Notes: generated from the letters alone by a model not told the origin. Shown: positions 27,298-41,090, counted from the first letter of the stretch. The stretch: 64,000 nucleotides of DNA from Octopus sinensis (GCF_006345805.1 NC_043018.1:28458001-28522000); one strand, 5' to 3'. Program-made: numbers and translations.

Positions 27298-27633
27298 GTA
27301 CTGTGCTTGTCTTTAAATTTATCGACAGACGTAGATGAAATGCATAACTTGGCAGGATTTAGAAGGAAACTGTGTGGAATCCCCTCGCATTTTATATATA
27401 CACACATATATACATATATATATATATATGTATGCATGTATATGTATATATATTTTATATATATGCATATATATACATGTATATATATACATAGATATAT
27501 ATATGTATGTATATACATATACATATACATACATGCAAACTCACACACACTTACATATGTATATATACTCTTTTACTTGTTTCAGTCATTTGACTGCTGG
27601 AGCACCGCCTTTAATCGAGCAACTCGATCCCGG

Positions 27634-27671
<38 letters not shown>

Positions 27672-27755
27672 GGAAATAATATTATTCTAAAACGCATGAT
27701 AATGCTAATAATATAACATGAACAGGATAAAATCTGTCGGCGGCCAGCCATGGAA

Positions 27756-28205
27756 CTTTTTTACGTAGGCAAAGAGAGAAACAATGGATCAACATGACTC
27801 AGATTTTTACCTATGAAGGTTATTTCAACGGACCGATCTACTTGGTAAAATTATTAATTAATTGACTGATTAATTAATTTGATTAAATAATTTTACCCTT
27901 GTATTATTAATTTGAAATTATAATTTACTCCATGATAGAATACTGTAGTTTTCTGCGGTACTGCTCGCAACATACACGTGGGTACAGGGGATGCGCACAT
28001 TCGGCTGTGTATACTTTGTAAGTCTTTGTTGCACGATGTCGCTCGATCGTGTGCATATTTAACCGTAGCACTTTCAAATTTTATTATTGGAAATGCTACA
28101 CTGAAGAGAGAAGTAAGTAATTAAGCACTTTAATCTCGAAATGCGTCTGTAGCTCATCAGAGTCGAGTTGATTCGTTGTTTTTCTCTTTGCCTACGTAAA
28201 AAAAG
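27756..28205. mobile_element. MITE-like element with ~47-bp imperfect inverted termini
   Basis: 27756-27803 versus the reverse complement of 28157-28205, about 6 mismatches. No clear TSD. Confidence 0.6.
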
Positions 28206-28397
28206 GTGTCTTACTGTCGTACGGATTCTTACAGTAGTAGAAAAGGAATATTTAACTCTTATTTCTAAATTCGGTATGTGGTGAAGCAATTAGCTGACCC
28301 CTAATTATAATTATGTTTATAATATAATATCTATATATATATATATATATATATAAATATATATACATATACACACACCACACACTAACATATGTAT

Positions 28398-28448
<51 letters not shown>

Positions 28449-28739
28449 AAGAGAACAAAGTGTATGTTCACCGCTATATATATAAAAAATACAAAATCGG
28501 ACAAGAACGCTTTCCTTGGGGCTGGCCAGATTGGAGCAATCTCAAAATCAATCAGCCAAAATTGCGAAGTTGATCCGGTTCTTGACCGAGGATAAAAGGT
28601 GTCGAACGACCCGTCCTTGGTTTTTTTGTATCGTCTATCTGGATATTTTGTTGTCCCTTTTTGTATCATCTAGTTGTCCGGATGTTTTGCGTTCTTGTCC
28701 CATTTTGTATTTTATTATATATATAAATATATATATATG

Positions 28740-28930
28740 CTGGAGAATATGCTTCGCAGCATTTTATTCTTTTTCACCTTCTGATGTTCAAATTCCTGCT
28801 GAGGTCGATTTTGCCTTTAATTCTTTCGTGAGACGATCAAATAAGTGCCAGTCAAGCGTTGGAGTCGATGTAATTTCATTTATTCCATCTTTTTGGCGAA
28901 ATTTGATTTCAATATGTTATTTTGGGACCA
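28740..28930 (+). mobile_element. SINE family A, degenerate
   Basis: GATGTTCAAATTCC B-box and GAGGTCGATTTTGCCTTT body. Confidence 0.7.
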
Positions 28931-29007
28931 GTAAAGTCTGAGTTCTCTTTATGAAATACCCACATCACATTTAATAGTGAGGCGTTTCTAACATCCACCC
29001 ACCTGCT

Positions 29008-29069
<62 letters not shown>

Positions 29070-29366
29070 ACAGCAACAACAATATCAGCATTATCACTTT
29101 AGGCATTATCATCATCGTCTCATAGCCGTTATCGTCGTCATTGATTTCTGTCGAGTTGTTGCGTCTGTTGTATGTTATTGTAGTTCGGGAAATGCTAATC
29201 AAGTCTCGAAGCACTACAGTGTTATCATACTGTAGTGCCTCGAGAGTCGGCTAGCATTCCTTGATTTCTTGCTGTGAGTGCTAATACCTGCCCCTGGCCA
29301 CGGCAAGTTGTGATGTATTCATTCTGGATTTCTGTAGACACACACACACACACACACACACATATG

Positions 29367-29430
<64 letters not shown>

Positions 29431-29510
29431 AGACAAAGAGAGAGAAAAAGAAATAGTCAGACATACATACGGACAGACAAACAGGCAGAAGGATAGACAG
29501 ACAGACAAAC

Positions 29511-29551
<41 letters not shown>

Positions 29552-29747
29552 TAGATATTAGATAGATAGATAGAAGATAAATAGATACAACATACATTAC
29601 ATACATACTACATACATACATACATACATACATACATACATACATAGAAGCATGTTTGTACAGAAACAATTTTTTTCTTTTCTGAAGAGTATGTCAGAAT
29701 TTGTAAGGTTATTCTCAATATTTACCTTTACTTTTATTTGAATTCAG

Positions 29748-29892
29748 CGAGTAATTGTGGCTGTACTGGTGCATCGCCTTTAATCCGATTGATTTTTATA
29801 CCAAACCCAATTCTCAACCCACTCTTAGGAACTGTTTCTAATGAATTAGCGAATTGGTTGGGACTGCACTTCTTTGTGTTTCCTGCCGCCAT
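29748..29892 (+). CDS. Candidate 145-bp coding exon (SNCGCTGASPLIRLIFIPNPILNPLLGTVSNELANWLGLHFFVFPAA)
   Basis: Polypyrimidine tract with TTCAG acceptor, consensus GTGAGT donor, and only one of three frames open. Product not recognised. Confidence 0.4.
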
Positions 29893-30106
29893 GTGAGTGC
29901 TACTGGTGCCCCTCATAAACTTTTTTTCAATTTGTTTCGACAGAATGCTGTAAAGTTATGAATCCTTCAAAAACACATATTTTCCTCTTTGTCATGTTAT
30001 TCCTCAGACGTTCATGTGGCACCGGTTGTGAAACGGTGATAAGGAACAAATACAGACCCAAAGATACACACACATACACACACACGCGCACACACTCACA
30101 CCCCCC

Positions 30107-30146
<40 letters not shown>

Positions 30147-30206
30147 GCATGTATGTATGCATATATATATATATATATATATATAAATATGAATAAATAA
30201 ATAAAT

Positions 30207-30800
30207 GGAGTTGAACGAAGATGTTAATAAAATTATTTTACTTTCGACATATGCTTCGAAGACAACATGGTTTTATTTTAAAGGAATAAACGGTGTAAAA
30301 TGCAATCTTCTCATCAACAACAAGACATTATAACAGTTACGATGACTGCCTACATGATAAACAGAAAGTCATTAAGTATTTTAAAAAACCGTTAGTAAAT
30401 TTGACGTCAAAGGCAGATAGGAGGACGAGAAGGGTTAAAGGAATAATAAGTACAGAACAAATAGAGAGGGATACGTTGATTTAAAAAACGTTCAAAGGCT
30501 TAGAAATAGACTTCTCTATTGAAGTAAAGTGCAAGTTAAACTAACTGTTCAAACTATAAAGACTGGCGAAATCACTTATATGAGTAAAATGTATGTTTCT
30601 GCCAGTGTTAACATTTGTACGATTTCTCTGTAAGTGAATATAAAAGAGTTCAGAGTTGCAAATGTTACAAAATCTCTTGCCCTTATCGAAAGGAAAGGAT
30701 ACGGGCAGTATGAAGCAATCTAACTTAAAATCTTTATTGTTGTCTTTAAGATGCCAAACCAATTTACTTAGCTCTGTACTATGGCGTGTTTTGCTAGCCC
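30207..30800 (-). mobile_element. 3' fragment of the PLE family seen at 60165-62049
   Basis: VWHLKDNNKDFKLDCFILPVSFPFDKGKRFCNICNSELFYI matches VWRLKDNNITFKLD*SILSVSFPFNKGRKFCGISNSELFYI. The terminal ~130 nt align with 61915-62042. Confidence 0.88.
30236..30330 (-). ncRNA. Degenerate type I hammerhead ribozyme (probably inactive)
   Basis: uUGAUGA-GAAGAU...GUCUUC-GAAgC-AUAU-GUC-GAAAG. Two core substitutions (C3U, A15.1G) and a mutated stem I. Confidence 0.7.
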
Positions 30801-30932
30801 TAACTGATGAATAATGATCTGAAATTCTCTTGGATAACTGGGAAGTGGACGCGCCTATGTAGACTCAGAGTACCAGTGTTTGAATAAAGCTGCTTTGATC
30901 CATATTTATACACACACACGCACACATACACA

Positions 30933-30982
<50 letters not shown>

Positions 30983-31499
30983 ACAGGTTTATTTCATTTT
31001 AAGTGTACCATATCTATCCATTCACAAAACTATAGTCAGCGTGAGGATATAGAAGAAGGGACTAGCCCAAGGTGCCTGGCCAGGGGCAGATATTAGCACT
31101 CACAGCAAGAAATCATGTGCCTGGGACTGCACACAGATCCATGTGCCAGGGAAGCAAACTTCCTGCCACACAGCCAGGCCTGCGCCATGAATATTCTATG
31201 GACATTGTATCTAAATAGACCTGATTATTTCCAATGAAAATTGAGAGTGCGGAAGTTATACCAAATGTGGAGACAAAGAGAGGATTCCAGCAATTTCGTG
31301 GGAGATGTAAATTGATTGCATCGACCAACTACTCAACTCGATCACGAGAGAATGAAAGATGAAGTAGACTTCAGCGGAATTTGAATTCCGAATTTGAAGA
31401 CGGACGAAGTACCACCAAGTATTTTCCCAGACGTGTTAAAAATTCTGCCAGGTCACCACCTTTCAATTAGACATGATTTTATCTATTTATTTATGTGTC

Positions 31500-31770
31500 T
31501 TTTTCAAACCTAGCCAGGCTCGTGGGCCCAGATTCCCGGTGTCTGTGACGTATGTGTCCCGCCCACAGGTGGACGGGACACCAGTCCATCGTAGCGTTTC
31601 TCAAGAAACAGGAAGAAAGAGTGAGAGAAATTTGGGGCGAAAGAGTACAACAGGAGCATTAGATGTTTTCGCGCAATAAACCACACAACGCCCGGTCTGG
31701 GAATCGAAACTGCGATCCTCCGACCGCGAGTCCGCTGCCCTAACCACTGGGCCATTGCGCCTCCACAATT
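31500..31770 (-). mobile_element. SINE family C
   Basis: GGAGGCGCAATGGCCCAGTGGTTAGGG head and GTTTCGATTCCC B-box. Confidence 0.85.
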
Positions 31771-31779
31771 AGACATAAT

Positions 31780-32100
31780 ATTGGATTCAAATTTTGGCAC
31801 GGTCCAGCAATTTCGGGAAGGAGATACGTCGATTGCATCGACCTCAAAGCTCAGTTTTATTTATTTTATCGATCGCGAAAGGATGAAATTCAAACCCGAC
31901 AACCGCAGAATTGAAACTCAGAACTGAAGACAGACAAAATACTGCTAAGCATTTTCCCCGTCATGCTAAATATTCAGCCACCTCATCGCCTCACACTCAG
32001 ACATAATCCTTTCTACTATAAGAACAAGGCCTGAATTTTGTGGGAGAGGTGTTAGTCAATTACATCGACCTTAGTGATCAACTGGTACCTATTTTATCGA
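31780..32100 (-). mobile_element. SINE family A copies
   Basis: Reverse-complement body segments (CCTTTCGCGATCGATAAAA and GGGTCGATAAAATAGGTACCAG). Confidence 0.7.
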
Positions 32101-32236
32101 CCCTTCACAATCAGACCTAGTATTTATAGTTTTGACGATAGACGAAATCTTTCGTTAAAACTCTACGGTCATTGCTTGCACAAAAATATACATAAGACGA
32201 ATGAGTCTTACTGATGAGCTCATCCCGTAAATAATG

Positions 32237-33751
32237 TTGGGTCATTCTATAAGTAACACAGTTTTTCAGTTGCATGAACTAAAAGTCGGAGGGTGACGGG
32301 ATAAAATACACGCATCAACTTGTAATAAAAACAGGGAGTAATTTTACCTTGAACTTATTCTGAGTGCAAGTTTTGAAGAGTGCAGTTCGATTTTAACAGT
32401 TATTTTTTCAAAGCTATAATGCAAGTGACAAAGGAGCCTTCTCGGTATATTTTGCATTTTGATTTCAATAAAGGCAACAATGCAACGGAAAGTGCGAGGA
32501 ATATTAATGCAGCATATGCGGGTTGGACATAAGCGTAAACCGGTACCAACGGTGGTTCCAGAAATTCCGAAACGGAAACTATAGCCTAGAAGATAAGCAA
32601 CGCCCTGGAAGATGTGTAGAGCTCTACGAGGACGTCTTGCAAACCCTGCTGGAACAAAATTACATCTTGACTGTTGTGAAACTAGAAGAGAAGCTTGGAT
32701 TTGGTCATTCAACCATTCATCGACAGCTGCGTGCCATCTGAGAAATTAGCAAATTGGATCAATAGGTTCCTCACGAACTTTCCAAGTCTAATCATACGTA
32801 GAGAGTGAATGTGTGCTTTTCTTTGCTGCTACGTCTCACAAATGAATCTGTTTTGGGACCGAATACTGACTGATGACGAGAAGTGGGTTCTCTATAAAAA
32901 ATGTCAAGCACTGAAGAGAGAGGATAGCGAAAGGAGAAACACCAGCATCCCAAGCTAAAGAAGGTCTTCACCCACGTAAGGTATTGTTATCGTATTGGTG
33001 GTATATGAAAGGTTTACAGGGCAGCGAGGTGGCAGAATCGTTAGCACGCCGGGCGAAATGCTGAGCGGTATTTCGTCTGCCGCTACGTTCTGAGTTCAAA
33101 TTCCGCCGAGGTCGACTTTGCTTTCATAATTTCGGGGTCGATTAAATAAGTACCAGTTACGCACTTAATCCGTTTGGTTGTCCTTGTTTGTCCCTTTTGT
33201 GTTTAGCCCCTTGTGGATAGTAAAGAAATAGGTATAGGAAATGTTTAGTCCACTTTAAACTTTTAAACCCAAACCTAACAATAACAAAGGAGATCTACTG
33301 CGAGTAGCTTCAGCGGTTTAAGTCAGCGCTAGAAGAAAAATGACCATTTTTGGATTCAAGGCGAATGGTGTTCATCCATCAGGATAATGCTCAGCCACAT
33401 ACAGCGAGGATGACATTCAAACGCTGGAGCAGTTTGAAAGGGAAACGACAACCCACCCACCATATATGCCAGACATTGTCCCATCTGATTATCATTTATT
33501 CCGCAGTCTTCAAAATCATTTGAACGGGAAAATATGAATTCCATAGATGAGGTTAGAACAATACAGGAGTAGTATTTTTCGTGACGGACAAGTGAATTTT
33601 GTAAGAGGGGCCTTAAAAGCCTACCAGATAGATGGAAGAGCATTGTAAAAAATGAGAGAGTATATTTTAAATTAAAAAAGAACTTTGTTTATCTTGATTT
33701 TGACAAATAAAAGAAATATTTAAAAAACGTATTATTTATGGGATGACCCAA
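32237..33751 (+). mobile_element. Mariner (DD34D) DNA transposon, disrupted, with both TIRs
   Basis: ~29-bp TIRs TTGGGTCAT(T/C)C(T/C)ATAA(G/A)TAA, with TA after the right end. Transposase MQVTKEPSRYILHFDFNKGNNATES.., QRWFQKFRNGNYSLED, .DEKW, HQDNAQPH, PDIVPSDYHLF. Several stops and frameshifts. Confidence 0.93.
33017..33231 (+). mobile_element. SINE family A monomer inserted in the mariner ORF
   Basis: 16-bp TSD GTATATGAAAGGTTTA (33001-33016) / GTATAGGAAATGTTTA (33232-33247). Removing it restores WW.MKGLVHF.LL. Confidence 0.92.
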
Positions 33752-34004
33752 TAGAATGAGAAATATCATGTCAATAGATGCAAATTTATAATTCAATTTC
33801 TTATGGATGGTACGGTTCGATGGATTCTATATGTATCTAATCATTTACGTTCACAATATCAGATAGGACATTTTGCTTCAGTCATTTTTTTTCTACGATA
33901 TGATTACTGTACGGGTCTGTACGTCGAATATTTCTTTTATAAAATGGTTACTTTTTAGGAATAAATGGGCTTTTGCGACAAATAAGTTGAAATCATAGTA
34001 GTAG

Positions 34005-34031
34005 TAGTAGTAATAGTAGTAGTAGTAGTAA

Positions 34032-34073
<42 letters not shown>

Positions 34074-34128
34074 AAGTTATTGTCGTTATTATTTTTCTTC
34101 TTCTTCCTTTTCTTCCTCTTCTCCTTCA

Positions 34129-34194
<66 letters not shown>

Positions 34195-34200
34195 CATCAT
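34005..34200. repeat. (TAG)n and (TTA)n trinucleotide blocks
   Basis: Direct reading. Confidence 0.95.
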
Positions 34201-34594
34201 TCTTATTACTATACGCTGCTATTATCATATCGTACATATTGTATCACCCAGATGAATAATGGAATTATAAAGTAGATGAGATCAATTTATCAATCTGAAA
34301 TAAAATATTAAAAAAAAACTGACGGTCTACATATTCACATATCCATTAGTCTATATACTTACATGTCCGACCTACTGCATGTGTGCGTATGTGTGTGTAT
34401 ATATGTATGTTTGTATATATTATATATATTATGTGCATATATACTTAAATATATATATATTTGGTGTGTATATATATATATATATATTATATATATTATA
34501 TATATATATATATACATACATATCTATATATCGACCCACGCACACAACGTAATTATGTCACGTTGTAAGCAAATATATATATATATAGACAGAC

Positions 34595-34627
<33 letters not shown>

Positions 34628-34882
34628 TTCATTCTATTACGTATGTTGAAATATCTACACATTCTCCTTTGTGTAAATTAGGCGTATGTGTAGGTTTGTC
34701 ATCTGGAAAATAATTGCAAAATAGAATAACAAAATATATTCATAGAGTGAAATATGGGTGTTTATTCACACATGCACACACACACGCACACACACTTGTG
34801 TGTGTGTTTGCTTGAATTTATAAATATATATATGTACATACATGCTGCGTGCCATACACGCAAACACATACAAACACACACA

Positions 34883-34943
<61 letters not shown>

Positions 34944-35149
34944 GTATGTACGTATGTATGTATGTGTTTATGTATGTATATCTGGAGCACAATCTGCATT
35001 CTCTTAATATCAGTGAATCAAAAGCAAAAAGAACATAACAAGAACAACAACAGCAATTACAACTGGAAAACCATACTATGTTCCCCGTAACAATAAAGAA
35101 ACCATCAAGAATTATAAAGCTTTCAATAACCAGCAACGCATATAGAAAT

Positions 35150-35154
35150 GACAG

Positions 35155-35187
<33 letters not shown>

Positions 35188-35226
35188 TAATAATAATAGT
35201 AATAATAATAAAAATAATAATAATAA

Positions 35227-35282
<56 letters not shown>

Positions 35283-35405
35283 ATTATGAGAAGAACAAGA
35301 AGAAGAAGAGTAAGAAAAAGAACAATAGTAAAAATAAAAATAATAATAATAATAATGTTAATAATAATAACAGTAATAATAATAGTAATCACTATAATAA
35401 AAATG

Positions 35406-35447
<42 letters not shown>

Positions 35448-35450
35448 TCT
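35150..35450. repeat. Compound (AAC)/(AAT)/(AGT)/(AAG) microsatellite
   Basis: Direct reading. Confidence 0.95.
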
Positions 35451-35685
35451 TTAAAGTGACTATGTCAAAAATATTTTTAAAAACGAAAAACACTTTTCGT
35501 TTTGAAAATTATTAGTAATACGAATAATTTTAAATATTTATCAATAGAAAGAGAGTGAGAAGAATTGATAGGTTTAGTTCAGTTTGGAAAGTTTTCCATA
35601 TTTAAATTAACGCCATGTTTTGTTATTTGGCTTCTGTTTATGTTAACGAATTCATATACATATATATGGACACATGTATAGAAAG

Positions 35686-35720
<35 letters not shown>

Positions 35721-35723
35721 ATA

Positions 35724-35781
<58 letters not shown>

Positions 35782-36433
35782 ATATACCTTTATATATATG
35801 GAGAGATACATACATATATATATTTGCATTTCTATTTATAGATATATATATATATATATACATAAATATATATTATATATATGTTTATATGCATATATAT
35901 ATATATACATATATATATATACATATATATACATACACGTATACACACACACACATATATATATGTACAGAAATATATATGTGTGTGTGTATATATATAT
36001 ATATATATACATATATATATAGAGAGAGAGAGAAGCGTACATACACACATATATATATGATACATGTACATGTATATATATATGTGTGTCTGTCTGTCTG
36101 TCGGTCAGCGCACGCGTATGTATATGTATATATATATCTAGTTAACCGCATGTGTATGTGTTTGTACATATATGTAGGCATGTATGTATTATATATGTAT
36201 GTGTGTGCGGGGTGCAACATTCCTGCAGCGATTTAGCTAATGTGATTTAACATGCGATATATTTGTACACAATAAACAACATCAATAATTAGAATCTCTG
36301 TCATTTTTATAGATTTACCTATCCACACACTGTCATATATCTGTATATATATATATAATATATATGTATATATGTATATATATGTATATATAATGTATAT
36401 ATATGTATATATATATATGTATACATATATATG

Positions 36434-36488
<55 letters not shown>

Positions 36489-36952
36489 ATATATATATAT
36501 GTATACATATATATGTATATACATGTATATATATATATATATGTATATACATGTATATATAATATATATATATATATATATTGTTATGTATCTATGCATG
36601 CATTTATACCTCTGTTTGTACGCATGCGTATAATACGTATACCATGTGTGTGCATGTATGATTTGCGACTTCTTTACTTTTCATATTTCTTACCAATAGG
36701 AGCCAGTTTCTATCACAGGTCGAAAACTCTTCTATTACAATAGAAGCTACATGTTTATATAGGTGTATGTAAGTAAATTTCTACGTCCAAGTGCATATAC
36801 CTGTAGGTCCCTACGTGTGCGATCGTACTTACTTTGTGATTATTTAAGATCTTCACCGAGATGAAGTCAATCATACACAATATGACAATGTTCCCCCGTT
36901 TCAGTCACTAGATTCTCATGGACTTCAAGAAATGTTAGTATGTTAGTGTGCG

Positions 36953-37027
<75 letters not shown>

Positions 37028-37280
37028 CTCGTGAATTTCACTCGTGAACTTCATCACATCACACATAACACGGACAAAAGTTCTTCTTAAGAAAAAAATA
37101 CATATTCAAATAAGTTAAACATAATATCATTAATAGCGATAGCGAAACCGGTTGATATATTAAAAATTGTATTAAAACTAGGTAAGTGTGCTTATTTTCC
37201 TTTTTAAATTTTTTATATACATTACAATTCACCACGTGGGGATAATTGAAATTCCTGTTTTCTGTTGCTACTATATTTAT

Positions 37281-37311
<31 letters not shown>

Positions 37312-37416
37312 GCATGTATGTATATATATATATATATATATATAATTATTTGAATGATATGTACCTCTTAAATGGATGTCAATATATAAACCTCTCCATT
37401 TTCAATTTTTTATATG

Positions 37417-37461
<45 letters not shown>

Positions 37462-37479
37462 CATCTATATCATATCTGA

Positions 37480-38245
37480 GTTTAGCCCCTTATGGGTAGT
37501 AAAGAAATAGAAATAGATATTTCTTCTACCGCTACGTTCTGAGTTCAAATTCCGCTGAGGTCAACTTTGCCTTTCACCCTTTCGGGGATACGCACTAGGC
37601 TCGATGTAATCGACTTAATCCCTTAGTCTGTCCGTGTTTGTCGCTGAGCGAAATGCTTAGAGATATTTCGTCTGTCGTTACGTTCTGAGTTCAAATTCTG
37701 CCGAGGTCAACTTTACTTTTCGTCATTTCGGGGTCGATAAATTAAGTTCCATTTACGCACTGGAGTTGATGTAATCGACTTAATCTCTTTGTCTGTCCTT
37801 GTTTGTCCTCTCTATGTTTAGCCCCTTGATGGCAATAGAGAAATAAGAAACATTATCACGCCGGGCGAAATGCTTAGCGGTATTTCGTCTGCCGTTATGT
37901 TCTGAGTTCAAATTCCGCCGAGGTCGACTTTACCTTTCGTCCTTTCGGGGTCGATAAACTAAGTTCCAGTTACTTACTGGGGCCGATCTAATCGACTGGC
38001 CCCCTCCCCCAAAATTTCGGGCCTTGTGCCTAAAGGAGAAAAAGAACCGTTACACGCCGGGCAAAAGTCTTAACGGCATTTTGTTCGTCTTTACGTTCAG
38101 AGTTCAAATGCCGCCAGGGTCGACTTTGCCTTCTATCCTTCGGGATCAATGAAATAAGTACCTGTTGAGCATTGGAGTCGATGTATTCGACTTACACCCT
38201 CCACCGAAATCAATGGCCTTGTGCCAAGATTTGAAACCAATATTT
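37480..38245 (+). repeat. Second head-to-tail array of SINE family A modules (about four)
   Basis: Repeated GAGTTCAAAT..GCC.AGG.TC.ACTTT modules. Confidence 0.88.
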
Positions 38246-39020
38246 CTGAAACAACTACCTTTTTAGCAAAACCTTTACAAAAACTGTGTAACCAGTCCTT
38301 GAGGTGCATCATTGGTACGCTTTTTATTTACAAGTTTAAATGAGGGTCTTCCCCCTTAATATTTATAACTATGCTTATAGATCTTGCTTAGAAATATAAA
38401 GACGTCTTCTACTTGAAAGTTTTGAGTGAATAGCTTCTTTTCTCACATCTCTCTGCCAAGACATAAATGATCACATTTTAGAGGATTAGATGGATATAAT
38501 ATTTGATCTTTTCTTTGTCTCATTGTTCAGTGATTCTAAGACATATCTTGTTCAAGTAAACATTAGCTTCATCCCCGGAGAATATACTAATCTGTATCTG
38601 TCAAGCTTTTGAAAAAAAACATTTTATGTTATCACACTGTTCTACACACACTCGTCTATTTATTAATCTAAGTAGGCCCCCGGGAATATAAAATAATATG
38701 GCAACCCACACATATTAATACTATGCAAAGAGACGTTTTGTTTTTGGTTCTGGTTTTCTTATTTAATTTTTAAGTATCTCGCCTGACGTCTGAAGTAATC
38801 CGGCTTCTTATATTTTGATTCGAAAGTCAATGACCAACAGTTATTTAGTGTATCTTTTAGTAACATCTACATCTTGGATTAGCGACAAAACATGAGATTG
38901 CTACGAAGTTGTTCACCTGTTTACAATAAAACATAACTTGTACAAAATTGTACGTGCAGTTTGTGTGAGATGTAGAATGCAGCGTACATTTTACCATACG
39001 TCTTAGATAAGCAAATAAAA

Positions 39021-39444
39021 GGATCTTTTCGGTTTGAACGGCAGTTTTTCCTAGCGGTGTCATATGAAATTGTCACCCATAATTATGACCCTAGTATCGA
39101 TCTATTGCATTTCAATCTGTTTTAGGGTTATAGTTAGTGTTAAGGGTGGGGGGAAGGGTATCTCTTTTTCTTCAGAAATGTAAATAACCCCAATCTGTTT
39201 CTTAAACGAGGGACATATTCATACGGCACAGAATGTTTTCTACCTCAATAGACGTCAGTGATTGGTTAAAATTGCAGAAATTGAAGAAAAACAACAACAA
39301 ATATCTTACAAACTATAGAATTTTCTCAATAAAGCCAAGAGAAAAAGATGTTTTATAAACACATTCTACCAGTATACGAAGTTTAAAAGTGTTTAATTAC
39401 GTGGAAATTATTTGAAATAACTGCTGTTCAAACCGATAAGATCC
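39021..39444. mobile_element. 424-bp MITE with 28-bp TIRs and 8-bp TSD (Merlin-like ends)
   Basis: TIR GGATCTT(T/A)TCGGTTTGAAC(G/A)GCAGTT. TSD AAATAAAA at 39013-39020 and 39445-39452. GG...CC termini with an 8-bp TSD fit Merlin, but the superfamily is inferred. Confidence 0.85.
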
Positions 39445-39649
39445 AAATAAAATCATGTACCCCAAGGCACATATTAAAATCACGGTATAGGCACGCCTTA
39501 AATGCACTTCTCATATGTGTGCCGAGTCATGACTGACAGGGGAGCATTTCTCGTCATCGCTACCAACAACCATAACAGCAACAAGTATAACAATTGAAAT
39601 AATTGTTTCTAATTTTGGTACAAGGCTAGTATTTATAACCCTATCTATG

Positions 39650-39687
<38 letters not shown>

Positions 39688-39699
39688 TATCTTTCTACC

Positions 39700-39930
39700 T
39701 TATTTCTTGACTGCCCACAAGGGGCTACACACAGAGGGGACAAACAAGGACAGACAAACGGATTAAGTCGATTATATCGACCCCAGTCCGTATCTAGTGC
39801 TTATTTAATTTACCTCGAAAGGATGAAAGGCAAAGTCGACCTCGGCAGAATTTGAACTCCTAACGTAATGGCAGACGAAATACGGCTACGCATTTCGCCC
39901 GGCGTGCTAACATATCTGCCAGCTCGCCGC
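39700..39930 (-). mobile_element. SINE family A monomer
   Basis: Complete head (GGCGAGCTGGCAGA) through AAGAAATA. Confidence 0.9.
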
Positions 39931-39934
39931 CTTC

Positions 39935-40010
<76 letters not shown>

Positions 40011-40580
40011 TATATATTTATCTATCTATCTATCTGTCAGTCTGTCTGTCTGTCCGTCTATCTGTCTGTCTATCTATCTATCTGTCTGTATGTATGTATT
40101 AAAGGTATGCATGTCAGCATATTAATTTCACGAGCAGGTTGTACCGTTGATCGAACTAACTCTAACACTGTCCGTCCTAACCGATGGAAATAAGGGCGGA
40201 TCATGCAGCTCCAAGACTGCGATGATTTGATTGCTAATTTTTAGAATGACATTGTAGAGTAGCTTTGAAATGTTGGATCTTGCCTGGTACAGCATAAAAC
40301 TGGAAGAATATATAGGTTGGATATGGAGGTTTTAAACACTATTTTAATGGCACTTCATCGGTTACAACGACGAATGTTCCAGTTGAACCGATCAACGAAA
40401 CGAACTGCTCACGAAGTTTTCGGGCAAGTAGCAGGAGAACACTCCAGATATGTATACTCTTAATACATGCATACGTTCGTACATACACACACACATACAT
40501 ACATACATACATTAATACATACATACATACATACATACATACATACATACATACCCACATACATACATACATACATACAT

Positions 40581-41090
40581 GGTGGCTGCCTCCTCGTTAT
40601 CGAGTATGGCCATTGCACGAAGCTTAATCAATGTTGTTACCGTGCAATGCCTGTGCAAGAAGATTTTTTCTAAAGTGAGGCAAGGCTGTGCACTGAATCA
40701 ATCCCACTCACTAAGCAACAGCAGCCATAATCCGAAAAGAAGAATAGGCCAACGTCATCGGTAACCACTGAGCCGCAGGTTTTATGTCGGAGTTATCCCA
40801 GTTACCTGAATTACCATCTCCTAGTAGGATTCCCTAACAAAGGCTAGAAGTCCTTCACTCCCAATGGTTTAACCGCGCGGTCGGGTATTCAGTCCGATTA
40901 TCTCTAAGCCCCTGCGCATGATACAGCCTTAAGACATTTATTGGATGGCTGTTGACTCTCAAGAGTTCCTCCGCCCTTTGACGGGTTTTGTTTTTCATCT
41001 CGCAGGGTGTCCAATAAACACCCTCCTCCGACCATGCAACAGGTTGTACTGGGTTATATGTTACCAGTAGCACTCGACAGTGACCTGACA
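40581..41090 (-). mobile_element. Repeat family E, copy 2, in (TACA)n
   Basis: Colinear with 25933-26432, with (TACA)n on both sides. Confidence 0.85.

Noticed and set aside
28070-28165. CUGAUGA-GCUAC...GUAGC on the minus strand
   Set aside because: The stem is followed by AUUU, not GAAA.
38790-38840. CUGAAG-u-AAUC...GAUU-CGAAA-GUC-aau-GAC
   Set aside because: A9 and U16.1 are missing and there is no stem I.
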